Shown here: positions 1 through 7,982 of the stretch, in pieces
Layout of the letters: each line of letters opens with the position of its first letter
How positions within the stretch are numbered: the first letter of the stretch is position 1
Assembly (NCBI GenBank): GCA_964453605.1
Contig: CAYVOI010000001.1
Location: 310,029-374,028 of the forward strand
Source: an uncultured Gammaproteobacteria bacterium
GTDB taxonomy: Bacteria; Patescibacteriota; Patescibacteriia; Veblenbacterales; UBA10138
Direction: 5' to 3'
DNA: 64,000 nt
Program-made: the position numbers and the translations under genes
Notes under the pieces: generated by a model
The model's database searches: none
What the model saw: only the letters and a program-made list of their open reading frames with translations
What the model was told of the DNA's origin: nothing

Positions 1-459
1 GAGAAAACCGAATCAGGTGGTTGGACGTTCACCCACAACCCGTTCTCTGCCCCGAAGCCTGAGCACATGGCTGACCTGCTGGGTAAGCAGAACGTGGGCG
101 ACATACTCACCACACAGTACGACGTAGTGCTCAATGGCTGGGAGATTGGCGGCGGTAGCATCCGCAACCACCAGGCTGCAGCGCTCCAGGCCGTGTTTGA
201 GGTTATGGGTTACAAACCCGACCACATCACGCAGAACTTTGGGCACATGCTGGAGGCGTTTTCCTACGGCGTGCCGCCGCATGGCGGCATCGCCTGGGGT
301 CTAGATCGCTTGCTCATGGTGCTCTGTAACGAGCCCAACATTCGCGAGGTTATAGCCTTTCCCAAAACCGCCGACGCCAAAGACCTGCTCATGGGCGCAC
401 CCGACGCAGTTTCTCGGCAGCAGCTTGAGGAGCTTGGTATTTCCAGTAAGAAAAAGTAG
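1..459 (+). CDS. aspS: Aspartyl-tRNA synthetase, C-terminal fragment (5' end lies outside the window)
   Basis: Frame 1 is open from base 1. Class II aaRS C-terminal motifs are present: GGSIR, GVPPHGGIAWGLDRLLM, AFPK. Confidence 0.85.
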   Translation, partial: EKTESGGWTFTHNPFSAPKPEHMADLLGKQNVGDILTTQYDVVLNGWEIGGGSIRNHQAAALQAVFEVMGYKPDHITQNFGHMLEAFSYGVPPHGGIAWGLDRLLMVLCNEPNIREVIAFPKTADAKDLLMGAPDAVSRQQLEELGISSKKK

Positions 460-465
460 CACGGT

Positions 466-771
466 ATGCGCCTATCTCCTTTGCAAAAATACATTATGCG
501 CACCGCCTATGTAACGCCCGCCCGGGCGGTATCGCGAGGCGGCTTTGCGCGATTCTATGAGAACCAAAAGCAGAAGCCGAAAGATGTGGTGGATATTATT
601 ACCAAAAGTTTGGAATCATTGATAGATAAGGGTTTCATGGTGGGCTATGGAGTCAGGACGCCGCAAAAGTGGTACATTAAAGAGGTTAAGCTCATGCCGG
701 CAGGGCGCAAAGCCGCGCGCAAGCTCCTGGGGGAGCAGCAGGCGTTGCCGTTTCGCCTTAGGGCGGCTTAA
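466..771 (+). CDS. Hypothetical small basic protein (101 aa)
   Basis: ORF directly downstream of aspS. Lys/Arg-rich. No motif recognised. Confidence 0.4.
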   Translation: MRLSPLQKYIMRTAYVTPARAVSRGGFARFYENQKQKPKDVVDIITKSLESLIDKGFMVGYGVRTPQKWYIKEVKLMPAGRKAARKLLGEQQALPFRLRAA

Positions 772-781
772 GGGTTAGCCT

Positions 782-1051
782 ATGACGTTTACCCGTATTG
801 CAGATTTTCTTACCTGGCTCGGCGGTGTGGTTGTCTCCTGGCTTAAGCTGCCAGCTTCGTGGGCTCCGTTCACTAGCGCGCTGCCGCTGTGGGCGTTTGG
901 TTTGGTGGCGGTGATTGTGGCTATTCTCGTTTTTAGATTAGTGACGCACGCCATCTTCAAGTTTTTAATGTGGGCCGCACTCATTATTGCCATACTCATC
1001 CTCGCTTCCTCACTGGGTGTCCCCATTGCCCAATGGCTCTCTGGGTTTTGA
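782..1051 (+). CDS. Small membrane protein (about 3 TM helices)
   Basis: 89-aa hydrophobic ORF. No overlap with other genes. Confidence 0.4.
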   Translation: MTFTRIADFLTWLGGVVVSWLKLPASWAPFTSALPLWAFGLVAVIVAILVFRLVTHAIFKFLMWAALIIAILILASSLGVPIAQWLSGF

Positions 1052-1115
1052 GTATAAAGATAAGACTACTTTCTAATTCGCGCGAATAAGAAAATAGGTA
1101 ACTACTAATCCTTAA

Positions 1116-1604
1116 TTGAGAATATTTATGGCAAAAGTTCCGGCGAAAGTTTTAAACGCACTCAATAAGACCAAGATAAAGTACGACATCCTCGAGCATC
1201 GCACGGTATTCACCGCCTACGACCTGGCACAGACGCTAAGGCGCAAGCTCGGCGAGGTGGTGAAGACTATTGTGGTCAAAGTGGACAAGGGTCACGCTAT
1301 TTTACTCCTACCCGCTTCACACCAGGTGGATTTTAAACTATTCAAAAAAGCGGTGGGGGCCAAACAGGTAGACATCGACCGTGAGAACATGATGACCAAG
1401 TTGTTCAAAGTGAAACCCGGTGCCATTTCCCCGTTCCATGGGCCGCTCCACAAGTTGCCGGTGTATGTGGACAAGGGGGTTATGAAAGTGCAAAAGGCCG
1501 TGGTGCAGGCTGGAAGCTTTGAGCACTCTTTGCACATGAAGACGAAAGACCTGCTTAAGGTGGTAGAGGGTAAGCTTGGAAACTTTGCTAAGAAGAGGAA
1601 GTAG
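1116..1604 (+). CDS. YbaK/ProX-family aminoacyl-tRNA deacylase-like protein
   Basis: About 160 aa. YbaK-like pattern (ILEHRTVFTAYDLAQTL..., Lys-rich C-terminus). An ATG at 1128 is the likely true start. Confidence 0.55.
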   Translation: MRIFMAKVPAKVLNALNKTKIKYDILEHRTVFTAYDLAQTLRRKLGEVVKTIVVKVDKGHAILLLPASHQVDFKLFKKAVGAKQVDIDRENMMTKLFKVKPGAISPFHGPLHKLPVYVDKGVMKVQKAVVQAGSFEHSLHMKTKDLLKVVEGKLGNFAKKRK

Positions 1605-2309
1605 ATGTACGAAATCAAAATCGAAAAATTTCAAGGGCCGCTTAACCTCCTGCTCCAGCTCATAGAGCAGGAAGAGCTTGATATTTCAGAAGTGAGCCTG
1701 GCACAGGTAACTGACCAGTACCTTACGTATTTAAAACAAGTTGAGGAGCTGAACCCCGAGGAAGTGGCAGACTTTTTGGTAGTAGCGGCTAAGCTCTTGC
1801 TCATTAAGTCGCGGCTCCTGTTGCCAAGCCTGAACCTAGGGGGAGAAGAAGAGGCCAAAGACTTAGAAGAGCAGCTTAAGATGTACAAGCAGTACTTGGA
1901 GGCTGGGCGGGGGATTGCTAGAATGTGGCGGCAGGGGCACGTGGCCTGGGTCAGGCCAAAACCCTTGGTGCTTAAAGCTGAAGCTGCTTTTACACCGCCA
2001 GTTGGTGTGACGCGTGAAGTTTTAACCCAGGCTTTTGAGCGAGTGCTTAAAGCGATAGAGCCTATTATTAAGCTACCCGAAGTTACCCTCATCCGCGCTA
2101 TTTCTATTCAAGAGAAAATAGTATCACTGAAAGAATTAATCACAGATAAAGTTCGCTTGAGTTGGCACACGCTGGTTAAGGGCGCACAGGACAAAACCGA
2201 GGTGGTGGTTTCGTTCCTGGCACTGCTCGAGCTTATAAAGCAGCGGCACGTGGTAGTGGAACAGCCCGCGCTCTTTCAGGACATCGCCATCTCGCGCGTT
2301 AGCAAATAA
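1605..2309 (+). CDS. scpA: Segregation and condensation protein A
   Basis: 234 aa. ScpA-like N-terminus (IEKFQGPLNLLLQLIEQEELDISEVSLAQVTDQY). Immediately followed by scpB. Confidence 0.85.
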   Translation: MYEIKIEKFQGPLNLLLQLIEQEELDISEVSLAQVTDQYLTYLKQVEELNPEEVADFLVVAAKLLLIKSRLLLPSLNLGGEEEAKDLEEQLKMYKQYLEAGRGIARMWRQGHVAWVRPKPLVLKAEAAFTPPVGVTREVLTQAFERVLKAIEPIIKLPEVTLIRAISIQEKIVSLKELITDKVRLSWHTLVKGAQDKTEVVVSFLALLELIKQRHVVVEQPALFQDIAISRVSK

Positions 2310-2314
2310 ACTAT

Positions 2315-2881
2315 ATGCCCTCGACTACCGACAAGCTGATTGGAAAACTGGAGAGCGTGCTGTTTGCCGCCGGCAAGCCCTTAAGTTTTAAGAAGCTCGC
2401 TGAGGTAACGGAAGTGACGGTGGGCGATGTGGAACACGCCTTAACCAAGTTGCAAGAGCGCTACCAGGAAGCCGGTCATGGGTTGGAAGTTATCCAGCAC
2501 CAGGGTGAGGCAGTGCTAGCCACCCACCCCGACCACGCCGAGCTGGTGCGGCAGTTCTTGAAAAAAGAGGAGCTGGGGGAGCTGACCCGGCCGCAGCTCG
2601 AAACCCTCTCCGTGGTGGCGTACCGCGGGTCGGTGAGTAAGGCCGAGCTAGAGCAGATACGTGGGGTGAACTGCAGCCTGATTTTGCGCAACCTCATGAT
2701 CCGCGGGCTGGTGGAGACTACCGACGAAGACGCCGCCCTGCCTACGTACCACGTCACGGTTGATTTTTTAAGGTTCCTTGGGCTAAAGTCGGCCACCGAG
2801 CTGCCACACTTTGCAACCCTGTCTCAGCATGCCAACCTTGCCAACATTCTCCAAACTGAAAAACCTAGCGCTACGGCTTAG
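2315..2881 (+). CDS. scpB: Segregation and condensation protein B
   Basis: 188 aa. Two winged-helix repeats (LESVLFAAGKPLSFKKLAEV..., AYRGSVSKAELEQIRGV). Position after scpA. Confidence 0.85.
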   Translation: MPSTTDKLIGKLESVLFAAGKPLSFKKLAEVTEVTVGDVEHALTKLQERYQEAGHGLEVIQHQGEAVLATHPDHAELVRQFLKKEELGELTRPQLETLSVVAYRGSVSKAELEQIRGVNCSLILRNLMIRGLVETTDEDAALPTYHVTVDFLRFLGLKSATELPHFATLSQHANLANILQTEKPSATA

Positions 2882-3821
2882 CCGCACCTTGCCCGTAGTT
2901 GGGTTGGCCGCGTTGTTCAGCGTCTGGCCAGGGAGCCTGCGCTCTGCAGCCGCTGGGGTTGCTCTGTCGCCTCGGTTGCCGAGCTTAGGGGCGCAGGCCA
3001 TGCTGCCAGAGCCGATAGACTGGTCGCAGGTGCCGTCGCTTACGAGCCTTAACCTGTCAGCCTCCTCAGCGGTGGTCGTGCATCTGCCCGACGGCCGCCT
3101 GGTAGGGGCCTTGGACCCTGAGCACGTAAGGCCGCTGGCTTCGCTCACCAAGCTCATGACCGCGGTGGTGGCGATGGAGGTAGGGCCCAAGCTTGATGAG
3201 CTTGTCACGGTAACCCGTGCTGATAACACTGACTCGCTACTGCCGTACATGAACGCAGGGGATAAGATAAGCTACCTCTTTGTAGCTGATGGGCAGACAC
3301 TCCGGCTGCGGGACGCACTTACCGCCGCGCTGGTGGGTTCAGCCAACAACGCAGCAGCTACCTTGGCCCGGGTGAGCGGACTCTCGGCCGATGATTTTGT
3401 AGCCCGCATGAACACGCGGGCTCAAGTGTTGGGCATGTACGCTAGCCACTTTACCGAGAGCACGGGCCTAAGCCCGGCTAACACCAGCACCGCCTACGAC
3501 TACGCTATCCTGGCCCGCTACGCCTGGACCAACCGGACCCTCCGGCAGGTGTCGGGCTTGCCGCGGGCTACCTTTTCCAGTTCAGATGGCAAGGTGCACC
3601 ACATGCGGAACACCAACGCGCTGGTCACTAAGCCGCCCCCAGGGGTAACGCCACTCGCTAGCAAGACCGGCTACCTTACCGAGGCCGGCTACAACCTGGC
3701 GCTGGAGTGGAGGGCGCCAAACGGTAGTGAGTACCTGCTGGTGCTCATGAACGCGCCGTCGCTCACGGCCCGTTCAGCGGATGCGCTCAAGGTTATACGC
3801 TGGCTTCAAGCAAAAACCTGA
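2811..3821 (+). CDS. D-alanyl-D-alanine carboxypeptidase (peptidase S11, PBP5/6-like)
   Basis: Signal-peptide-like N-terminus. SxxK (ASLTK), SxN (GSANN) and KTG (SKTG) motifs. The 5' end overlaps the scpB stop, so the true start may be a downstream ATG (for example 2826). Confidence 0.75.
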   Translation: MQPCLSMPTLPTFSKLKNLALRLSRTLPVVGLAALFSVWPGSLRSAAAGVALSPRLPSLGAQAMLPEPIDWSQVPSLTSLNLSASSAVVVHLPDGRLVGALDPEHVRPLASLTKLMTAVVAMEVGPKLDELVTVTRADNTDSLLPYMNAGDKISYLFVADGQTLRLRDALTAALVGSANNAAATLARVSGLSADDFVARMNTRAQVLGMYASHFTESTGLSPANTSTAYDYAILARYAWTNRTLRQVSGLPRATFSSSDGKVHHMRNTNALVTKPPPGVTPLASKTGYLTEAGYNLALEWRAPNGSEYLLVLMNAPSLTARSADALKVIRWLQAKT

Positions 3822-3838
3822 GCTATGCTGTGTACTAT

Positions 3839-4612
3839 ATGGCCGTAGTAGTCAAGCCCCTCGTCATCGCCAATTGGAAAATGAACCTGTCTATCCGGCA
3901 GAGCGTAAGCTTAGCGCGTGCGCTCGTGACTGGCTTAGCGCCGCGCCGTGGCCACCTGGCTGCTGAGGTGGTGCTCTGCCCGAGTTTTCCAGCCCTGGCG
4001 GCTGTGGCTGGGGTACTTAAGGGTAAGCCACTTACCTTGGGTGCCCAGAACGTGTTCTGGAAAGCCAAGGGGCCATACACCGGTGAGGTTTCCGCTGAAG
4101 TGCTCAAAGAACTTGGTGTGAGGTACGTTATGGTTGGTCACTCGGAGCGGCGCCAGTACCTTAGGGAAACCGACGCCATGGTACAGCAGAAGGTGGCGGC
4201 GGTGCTCCAGGCAGGCTTGACGCCGGTGGTCTGCGTCGGGGAGACGTTTGCTGAGCGACAAATTGGACAAAAAGATGTTGTCATCGACCGCCAGGTGACT
4301 GCCGCGCTCAAGGGTCTTACCCTTGAGCCAGACGACCACCTGGTCGTAGCCTATGAGCCGGTGTGGGTGATTGGTTCTGGGCAAGCCGTAGAGCCCGAGG
4401 AGGCCATGGCTACGGCCAAGGTTATTCGCCAGGCGCTCATAGATGTGTGGCCCGAGCGTGCCTGGCAGTCCCAGGTGCGCATTATCTACGGCGGTAGCGT
4501 GGACTCTAGCAACATCAAGACGTTCTTGGGTGGAGAGCTTACGGGTGTGCTGGTAGGGGGAGCTTCACTCGAGGCCAAGACCTTGCTGGCGCTGGTCAGG
4601 GAGCTCGCGTAA
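3839..4612 (+). CDS. tpiA: Triosephosphate isomerase
   Basis: IANWKMN, VGHSERR and AYEPVWVIGSG motifs. The track start at 3830 is GTG; ATG 3839 is preferred. Confidence 0.9.
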   Translation: MAVVVKPLVIANWKMNLSIRQSVSLARALVTGLAPRRGHLAAEVVLCPSFPALAAVAGVLKGKPLTLGAQNVFWKAKGPYTGEVSAEVLKELGVRYVMVGHSERRQYLRETDAMVQQKVAAVLQAGLTPVVCVGETFAERQIGQKDVVIDRQVTAALKGLTLEPDDHLVVAYEPVWVIGSGQAVEPEEAMATAKVIRQALIDVWPERAWQSQVRIIYGGSVDSSNIKTFLGGELTGVLVGGASLEAKTLLALVRELA

Positions 4613-4616
4613 AGGT

Positions 4617-5477
4617 ATGTTCGTGCACGCCCGTCAGATTATTTTTCCCGCCTACCGGAAGCACCGGGCGGTGGTGGCGTTTAACACCATTAACGCTGAG
4701 ACCAGCCTCGCGATTGCTCGGGCCGCGAGTTCCGTCGGCGTGCCAGCGCTGTTTGAAATCAGCGAGAAAACTATTCACTACCTAGGCCTCACCACCGTAG
4801 TAGCCCTCACCAAAACCGTGGCCAGCGACCCGAGCGTTACGGTGCCCCTGGCCATACACCTTGACCACGGCCACAGCTTTGCCGTGTGCCGAGCTGCTAT
4901 TCAAGCTGGGTTTTCTTCGGTCATGGTAGATGGTTCGGCCTTGCCCTACGCTCAAAACGTCAAGCTGACGCGGCGTGTGGTGGCTTACGCCCACCAGCGC
5001 GGCGTGCTGGTGCAGGGCGAGCTCGGGGCGCTGAAGCCGGTGGTTGGTAAACGGCTCAGGGCCAACACTGACCTCATGACTGACCCTGAGCAGGCCAAAA
5101 CGTTTGTGGCCGCCACAAACGTTGATACCTTAGGTGTAGCAGTTGGCACGCTCCATGGCCCAGCCAAAATTTTTCAGCCTTTACCGAAGATTGATTTTGA
5201 ACGCCTGAAAGCCATTCACCGGTTGGTTAAGGTGCCACTTGTGTTGCATGGAGCTTCAGGCGTGCCCGCGGCCGACCTCAGACAGGCGCGACGCTTAGGA
5301 GTTGGCATTGTTAATATTGATACCGATTTGCGTTTAGCGTACCTGACGAGCCTCCGACGTGAACTTCGAGTACAGCCTAAGGAGTATGACCCCAGGGTTA
5401 TCTTTGGCCCCGTAGTTGAGGCGGTCCGCCGTGTAGCAGAACGGAAGCTCCGAGCGCTCTCCGGGCACCTATGGTAA
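4617..5477 (+). CDS. Class II fructose-bisphosphate/tagatose-bisphosphate aldolase family protein
   Basis: 286 aa. AFN..N.E motif, HLDHG metal site, LHGASG. Confidence 0.8.
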   Translation: MFVHARQIIFPAYRKHRAVVAFNTINAETSLAIARAASSVGVPALFEISEKTIHYLGLTTVVALTKTVASDPSVTVPLAIHLDHGHSFAVCRAAIQAGFSSVMVDGSALPYAQNVKLTRRVVAYAHQRGVLVQGELGALKPVVGKRLRANTDLMTDPEQAKTFVAATNVDTLGVAVGTLHGPAKIFQPLPKIDFERLKAIHRLVKVPLVLHGASGVPAADLRQARRLGVGIVNIDTDLRLAYLTSLRRELRVQPKEYDPRVIFGPVVEAVRRVAERKLRALSGHLW

Positions 5478-6409
5478 TCGACGTGGTGCTGTGGGTAGTC
5501 CTCACCTTAAGCGTGGTGGGGCTTATTGGCTTGGTGGTACGTAAGCTCCCCGTACTCCGGGTGATAGACACAGCTCAGCTCAGCTCCGTAAATCAGAGCC
5601 TGCTCAAGCTGAAGCTCCTCGAGCAGCGCCTGAGGCGTAAGGTGCAGAGCCTCGTGCAACGAGCGAGCCGTAACCTGCCTGCCGCTGGTAAACTTATCGC
5701 CCGCCGTATGGGTAGTGTGCATCAGGTTTTTCAGGACGTGACGAGTCGAATAGAGCGTAAGCTAGAGCGGCACACCGCTGCGTCTGCCAGCGCGGCCGAC
5801 CTCATGGCCCAGGCTGAGGCCGCGCTGAAGAGTGGTGGCTACGAGACGGCTGAGGCTAAGTACCTCGCCGTCCTACGTAGTGATGCTCATAGCCTAGGAG
5901 CTTATGAAGGCTTGGGAGCAGTGTACCTGGATGCACGAGAGTACGAGCAGGCCAGGGAAGTGTTTGAGTACCTGGTGGGGAGGGGCGTGGACAGTGCCCA
6001 CCTGGGGCTGGCGCGCGCTAGCCTAGGGCAAGGCCAGCTCGAGCTGGCGCGCGCCGAGTACCAGCAGGCGCTGGCCCACCTCACGTCACCTCAGCTCCTG
6101 ATAGAACTGGCGCAAGTGCTCCAAGAGCTCGGCAACTCCACTGAGGCCTTTACCTACCTCAAAGAGGCTCGAGCGCTAGAACCCAAGAACCCTAAGCTCC
6201 TTGACTTTTACATCGAACTCAGTATAGTAACTGGGCAACCAATTGAAGCCCAAAGCGCCCTGGACGCTCTCCGCGAGGTAAACCCCGAGAACCAGAAGAT
6301 CCCCGAGCTAGCTCAGGCCGTGCGTAAGCTGGCGGACAAGCTGAAGCTCAAGCGGCCGCGCGCGGCCACGAGCACAACCTTTGGTGTGCCGACCAGGCGC
6401 AAGGCTTAA
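5471..6409 (+). CDS. Membrane-anchored TPR-repeat protein
   Basis: N-terminal TM helix. Repeated TPR-like A/L/Y/E pattern (AEAKYLAVL..., EYQQALAHL...). Confidence 0.55.
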   Translation: MVIDVVLWVVLTLSVVGLIGLVVRKLPVLRVIDTAQLSSVNQSLLKLKLLEQRLRRKVQSLVQRASRNLPAAGKLIARRMGSVHQVFQDVTSRIERKLERHTAASASAADLMAQAEAALKSGGYETAEAKYLAVLRSDAHSLGAYEGLGAVYLDAREYEQAREVFEYLVGRGVDSAHLGLARASLGQGQLELARAEYQQALAHLTSPQLLIELAQVLQELGNSTEAFTYLKEARALEPKNPKLLDFYIELSIVTGQPIEAQSALDALREVNPENQKIPELAQAVRKLADKLKLKRPRAATSTTFGVPTRRKA

Positions 6410-6415
6410 CAGTTC

Positions 6416-6648
6416 CTAGGCCGTTGTAATCGGGCTACAGGCCCTCATACATCGGCATCGTTCGGAAGAAATGAACCTCGGTTCATTTCGTTCCTCACTC
6501 GCCGTTGTAGCTTCCGCCTCCACTCTCGGCTTCGGCGGACAAGCAGCTGGCACGTACTTTGATAACGTTCCTTCACTATGGGGTTGAAGGTTTTCTTGAC
6601 CCGCTGCCTTGTGCCGATGTAGCTGGAGCTGGCCCCACCCCTTCTCTT
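6416..6648 (+). repeat. Degenerate tRNA-Thr 5'-end fragments and hairpins upstream of tRNA-Thr(GGU)
   Basis: gccgttgta / gccgatgta (tRNA-Thr 5' acceptor plus D start) recurs at about 6421, 6511 and 6621. The 6421 copy closes a minihelix (gccgttg..catcggc). A 9-bp hairpin gaaatgaac-ctcg-gttcatttc is also present. Confidence 0.4.
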
Positions 6649-6724
6649 GCCGTTGTAGCTCAGCTGGTAGAGCAACTCCATGGTAAGGAGTAGGTCGCCG
6701 GTTCAATTCCGGCCAACGGCTCCA
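6649..6724 (+). tRNA. tRNA-Thr (anticodon GGU)
   Basis: Cloverleaf: acceptor gccgttg/caacggc, D arm agctcagctggtagagc, anticodon loop atGGTaa, T arm gccggttcaattccggc, encoded CCA. Confidence 0.85.
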
Positions 6725-6792
6725 GAAGGGGTGGGGTAAATGGCGCAACTCCATGCTTGCCCAGTAGGGAATTGCAAAGCGATTCTGCTTCT

Positions 6793-6836
6793 GGGGTAAG
6801 GAGTAGGTCGCCGGTTCAATTCCGGCCATCGGCTCC
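6793..6836 (+). repeat. Partial duplicate of tRNA-Thr(GGU) 3' portion (anticodon-loop 3' side to CCA), 1 mismatch
   Basis: ggtaaggagtaggtcgccggttcaattccggccatcggctcca is near-identical to 6682..6724. No matching 5' acceptor strand upstream. Confidence 0.75.
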
Positions 6837-6928
6837 AGGCAGCGGGCCAAGCCGGCCACGGGCCGTAAAGCCCTCGCGGGCCCACGGCCCTTTACGAGGC
6901 TCCACGTTCCTTTTACGTTTTTGGTCTC

Positions 6929-7014
6929 GGGTGGGTATCGAAGTGGTCAAACGAGACTGACTGTAAATCAGTTGCCTTCGGGCTTCGCAGGTTCGAATCC
7001 TGCCCCACCCACCA
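6929..7014 (+). tRNA. tRNA-Tyr (anticodon GUA), class II long variable arm
   Basis: Acceptor gggtggg/cccaccc, anticodon loop ctGTAaa, long variable arm, T arm gcaggttcgaatcctgc, encoded CCA. Confidence 0.85.
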
Positions 7015-7087
7015 CGTAAAGCTCGCACAGCTCGCCATGTGGTATTAAAATAGTTGTAAGTGGTGCACCCCGTAGAGGTGCGTCAGC

Positions 7088-7123
7088 ACCTTCTTCGGGG
7101 TTCGAATCCTGCCCCACCCACCA
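7088..7123 (+). repeat. Partial duplicate of tRNA-Tyr 3' end (variable-arm remnant, T arm, acceptor, CCA)
   Basis: ggggttcgaatcctgccccacccacca is identical to the 3' 27 nt of the tRNA-Tyr at 6988..7014. Confidence 0.8.
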
Positions 7124-7191
7124 TTCGGCTCGCTTCGCTCGCTCATGGTAAACCAAGCGAGTCGAATGCCCCGAGCCGAGCCGAGGGGTTG
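7123..7191 (+). repeat. Hairpin plus conserved motif (gagtcgaatgcc ccgagccgagccgaggggttg) shared with the tRNA-Pro locus at 31928..32030
   Basis: 13-bp stem attcggctcgctt/aagcgagtcgaat with one G-U pair. The motif gagtcgaatgcc at 7159..7170 matches 31989..32000 exactly. Confidence 0.6.
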
Positions 7192-7206
7192 AAAAACAAG
7201 CGTGCT

Positions 7207-7407
7207 ATGGGTACACTATACTACGTTTATATGATGCGCTGCTCCGACGGTACGTTCTACGTCGGGATGACAGTCAACCTCGCGGCACGAGAAGCTCGTC
7301 ACATTCGAGGTGATGGCGCGAAGTTTACCAAGTCACATGGAGGAGAACGTATAGTATATCGAGAGCCACATGCTACGTATTTAACTGCACGGCGTAGAGA
7401 GATATAG
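7207..7407 (+). CDS. Stand-alone GIY-YIG nuclease domain protein (YhbQ/UPF0213-like)
   Basis: YYVYMMRCSDGTFYVGMTVNLAAREARH is a GIY-YIG motif; an ERIVYRE glutamate is present. About 66 aa from ATG 7207; the track ORF starts further upstream at an alternative codon. Confidence 0.7.
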   Translation: MGTLYYVYMMRCSDGTFYVGMTVNLAAREARHIRGDGAKFTKSHGGERIVYREPHATYLTARRREI

Positions 7408-7464
7408 ATAAAGAACTGGCGCCGCGAGAAGAAAGAACGTTTACTTTTAGGCCTTAAGCCGTAG

Positions 7465-7539
7465 GCCAGCGTAGCTCAGTGGTAGAGCAACTGTTTTGTA
7501 AACAGTAGGTCGTCGGTTCGACCCCGACCGCTGGCTCCA
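7465..7539 (+). tRNA. tRNA-Thr (anticodon UGU)
   Basis: Acceptor gccagcg/cgctggc, D arm gctcagtggtagagc, anticodon stem actgt/acagt with loop ttTGTaa, T arm gtcggttcgaccccgac, CCA. Flanked by gccttaag direct repeats. Confidence 0.85.
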
Positions 7540-7576
7540 GCCTTAAGTCATCTTATCCGTTTTTGTTTGCCCTCGT

Positions 7577-7732
7577 ATGTCGCAAGATAACCTCGTTAAG
7601 CTTGAGTGCAGTGTGTGTCACCGCATTACCTACCACACCTTCCGCAACAAGAAGAAGGTCAAGGCGCGGCTGGAAACCATGAAGCACTGCCCGTGGTGCA
7701 AGAAGCACACGCTCCACAAGGAGACGAAGTAG
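7577..7732 (+). CDS. rpmG: 50S ribosomal protein L33 (zinc-ribbon type)
   Basis: 51-aa ORF not in the ORF track (<60 aa). MSQDNLVKLECSVCHRITYHTFRNKKKVKARLETMKHCPWCKKHTLHKETK matches the L33 pattern (C-x2-C...C-x2-C and KHT.HKE.K). Confidence 0.85.
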   Translation: MSQDNLVKLECSVCHRITYHTFRNKKKVKARLETMKHCPWCKKHTLHKETK

Positions 7733-7757
7733 CTTACTACTGCCACGTCTCCCGTTT

Positions 7758-7831
7758 GGGGGGTTCGTTCAGTGGTAGGACTTCGGTCTCCAAAACCGAT
7801 AACGTGGGTTCGATTCCTACACCCCCTGCCA
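7758..7831 (+). tRNA. tRNA-Trp (anticodon CCA)
   Basis: Acceptor ggggggt/accccct (G1-U72 wobble), anticodon stem tcggt/accga with loop ctCCAaa, T arm gtgggttcgattcctac, encoded CCA. Confidence 0.85.
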
Positions 7832-7868
7832 TGAAAAATTCAGTGGATTGTTCCACTGGATTTTTCAT
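7832..7868. terminator. Perfect 17-bp-stem hairpin immediately 3' of tRNA-Trp
   Basis: atgaaaaattcagtgga-ttgt-tccactggatttttcat. A related hairpin follows the downstream partial tRNA-Trp copy at 7983..8018. Confidence 0.6.
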
Positions 7869-7956
7869 TGTGTGAGTAGGAATCGAAGGGCGCGAGATAG
7901 GCGAGCGAGTTGGCTCGAGCTCGCCTGAGTGTAGCGCCCAGGCCCCGAGTCGGAGC

Positions 7957-7982
7957 GAGGGGGATTCCTACACCCCCTGCCA
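7957..7982 (+). repeat. Partial duplicate of tRNA-Trp 3' end (T-loop 3' side, acceptor, CCA) preceded by gagtcggagcgaggggg
   Basis: attcctacaccccctgcca is identical to 7813..7831. The preceding GGGGG can pair with the CCCCC of the acceptor strand to form a minihelix. Confidence 0.8.

Noticed and set aside
1631-4384. Antisense and overlapping ORFs within scpA, scpB, dacB and tpiA (1631..2092 -, 2476..2796 -, 2783..3250 -, 3781..3966 +, 3835..4107 -, 3935..4384 -)
   Set aside because: They lie entirely inside well-supported genes on the opposite strand or frame, in a GC-rich genome where long spurious ORFs are expected. Their products are Ser/Arg/Pro-rich low-complexity peptides.
6726-6836. 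Possible intron-containing second tRNA-Thr (aactccatg + 39 nt + ggtaaggag...)
   Set aside because: No 5' acceptor strand complementary to catcggc and no D-arm upstream. The insertion is too short for a group I intron and not at the canonical 37/38 position. It is better explained as a 3'-fragment duplicate.
6416-6885. ORF-track - strand ORFs (147 aa, 78 aa, 60 aa) and + strand 6757..6960 across the tRNA cluster
   Set aside because: They are read-through translations of tRNA genes and tRNA-derived repeats (the same WSRWPELNRRPTPY peptide appears twice because the tRNA 3' end is duplicated). They are not protein-coding.
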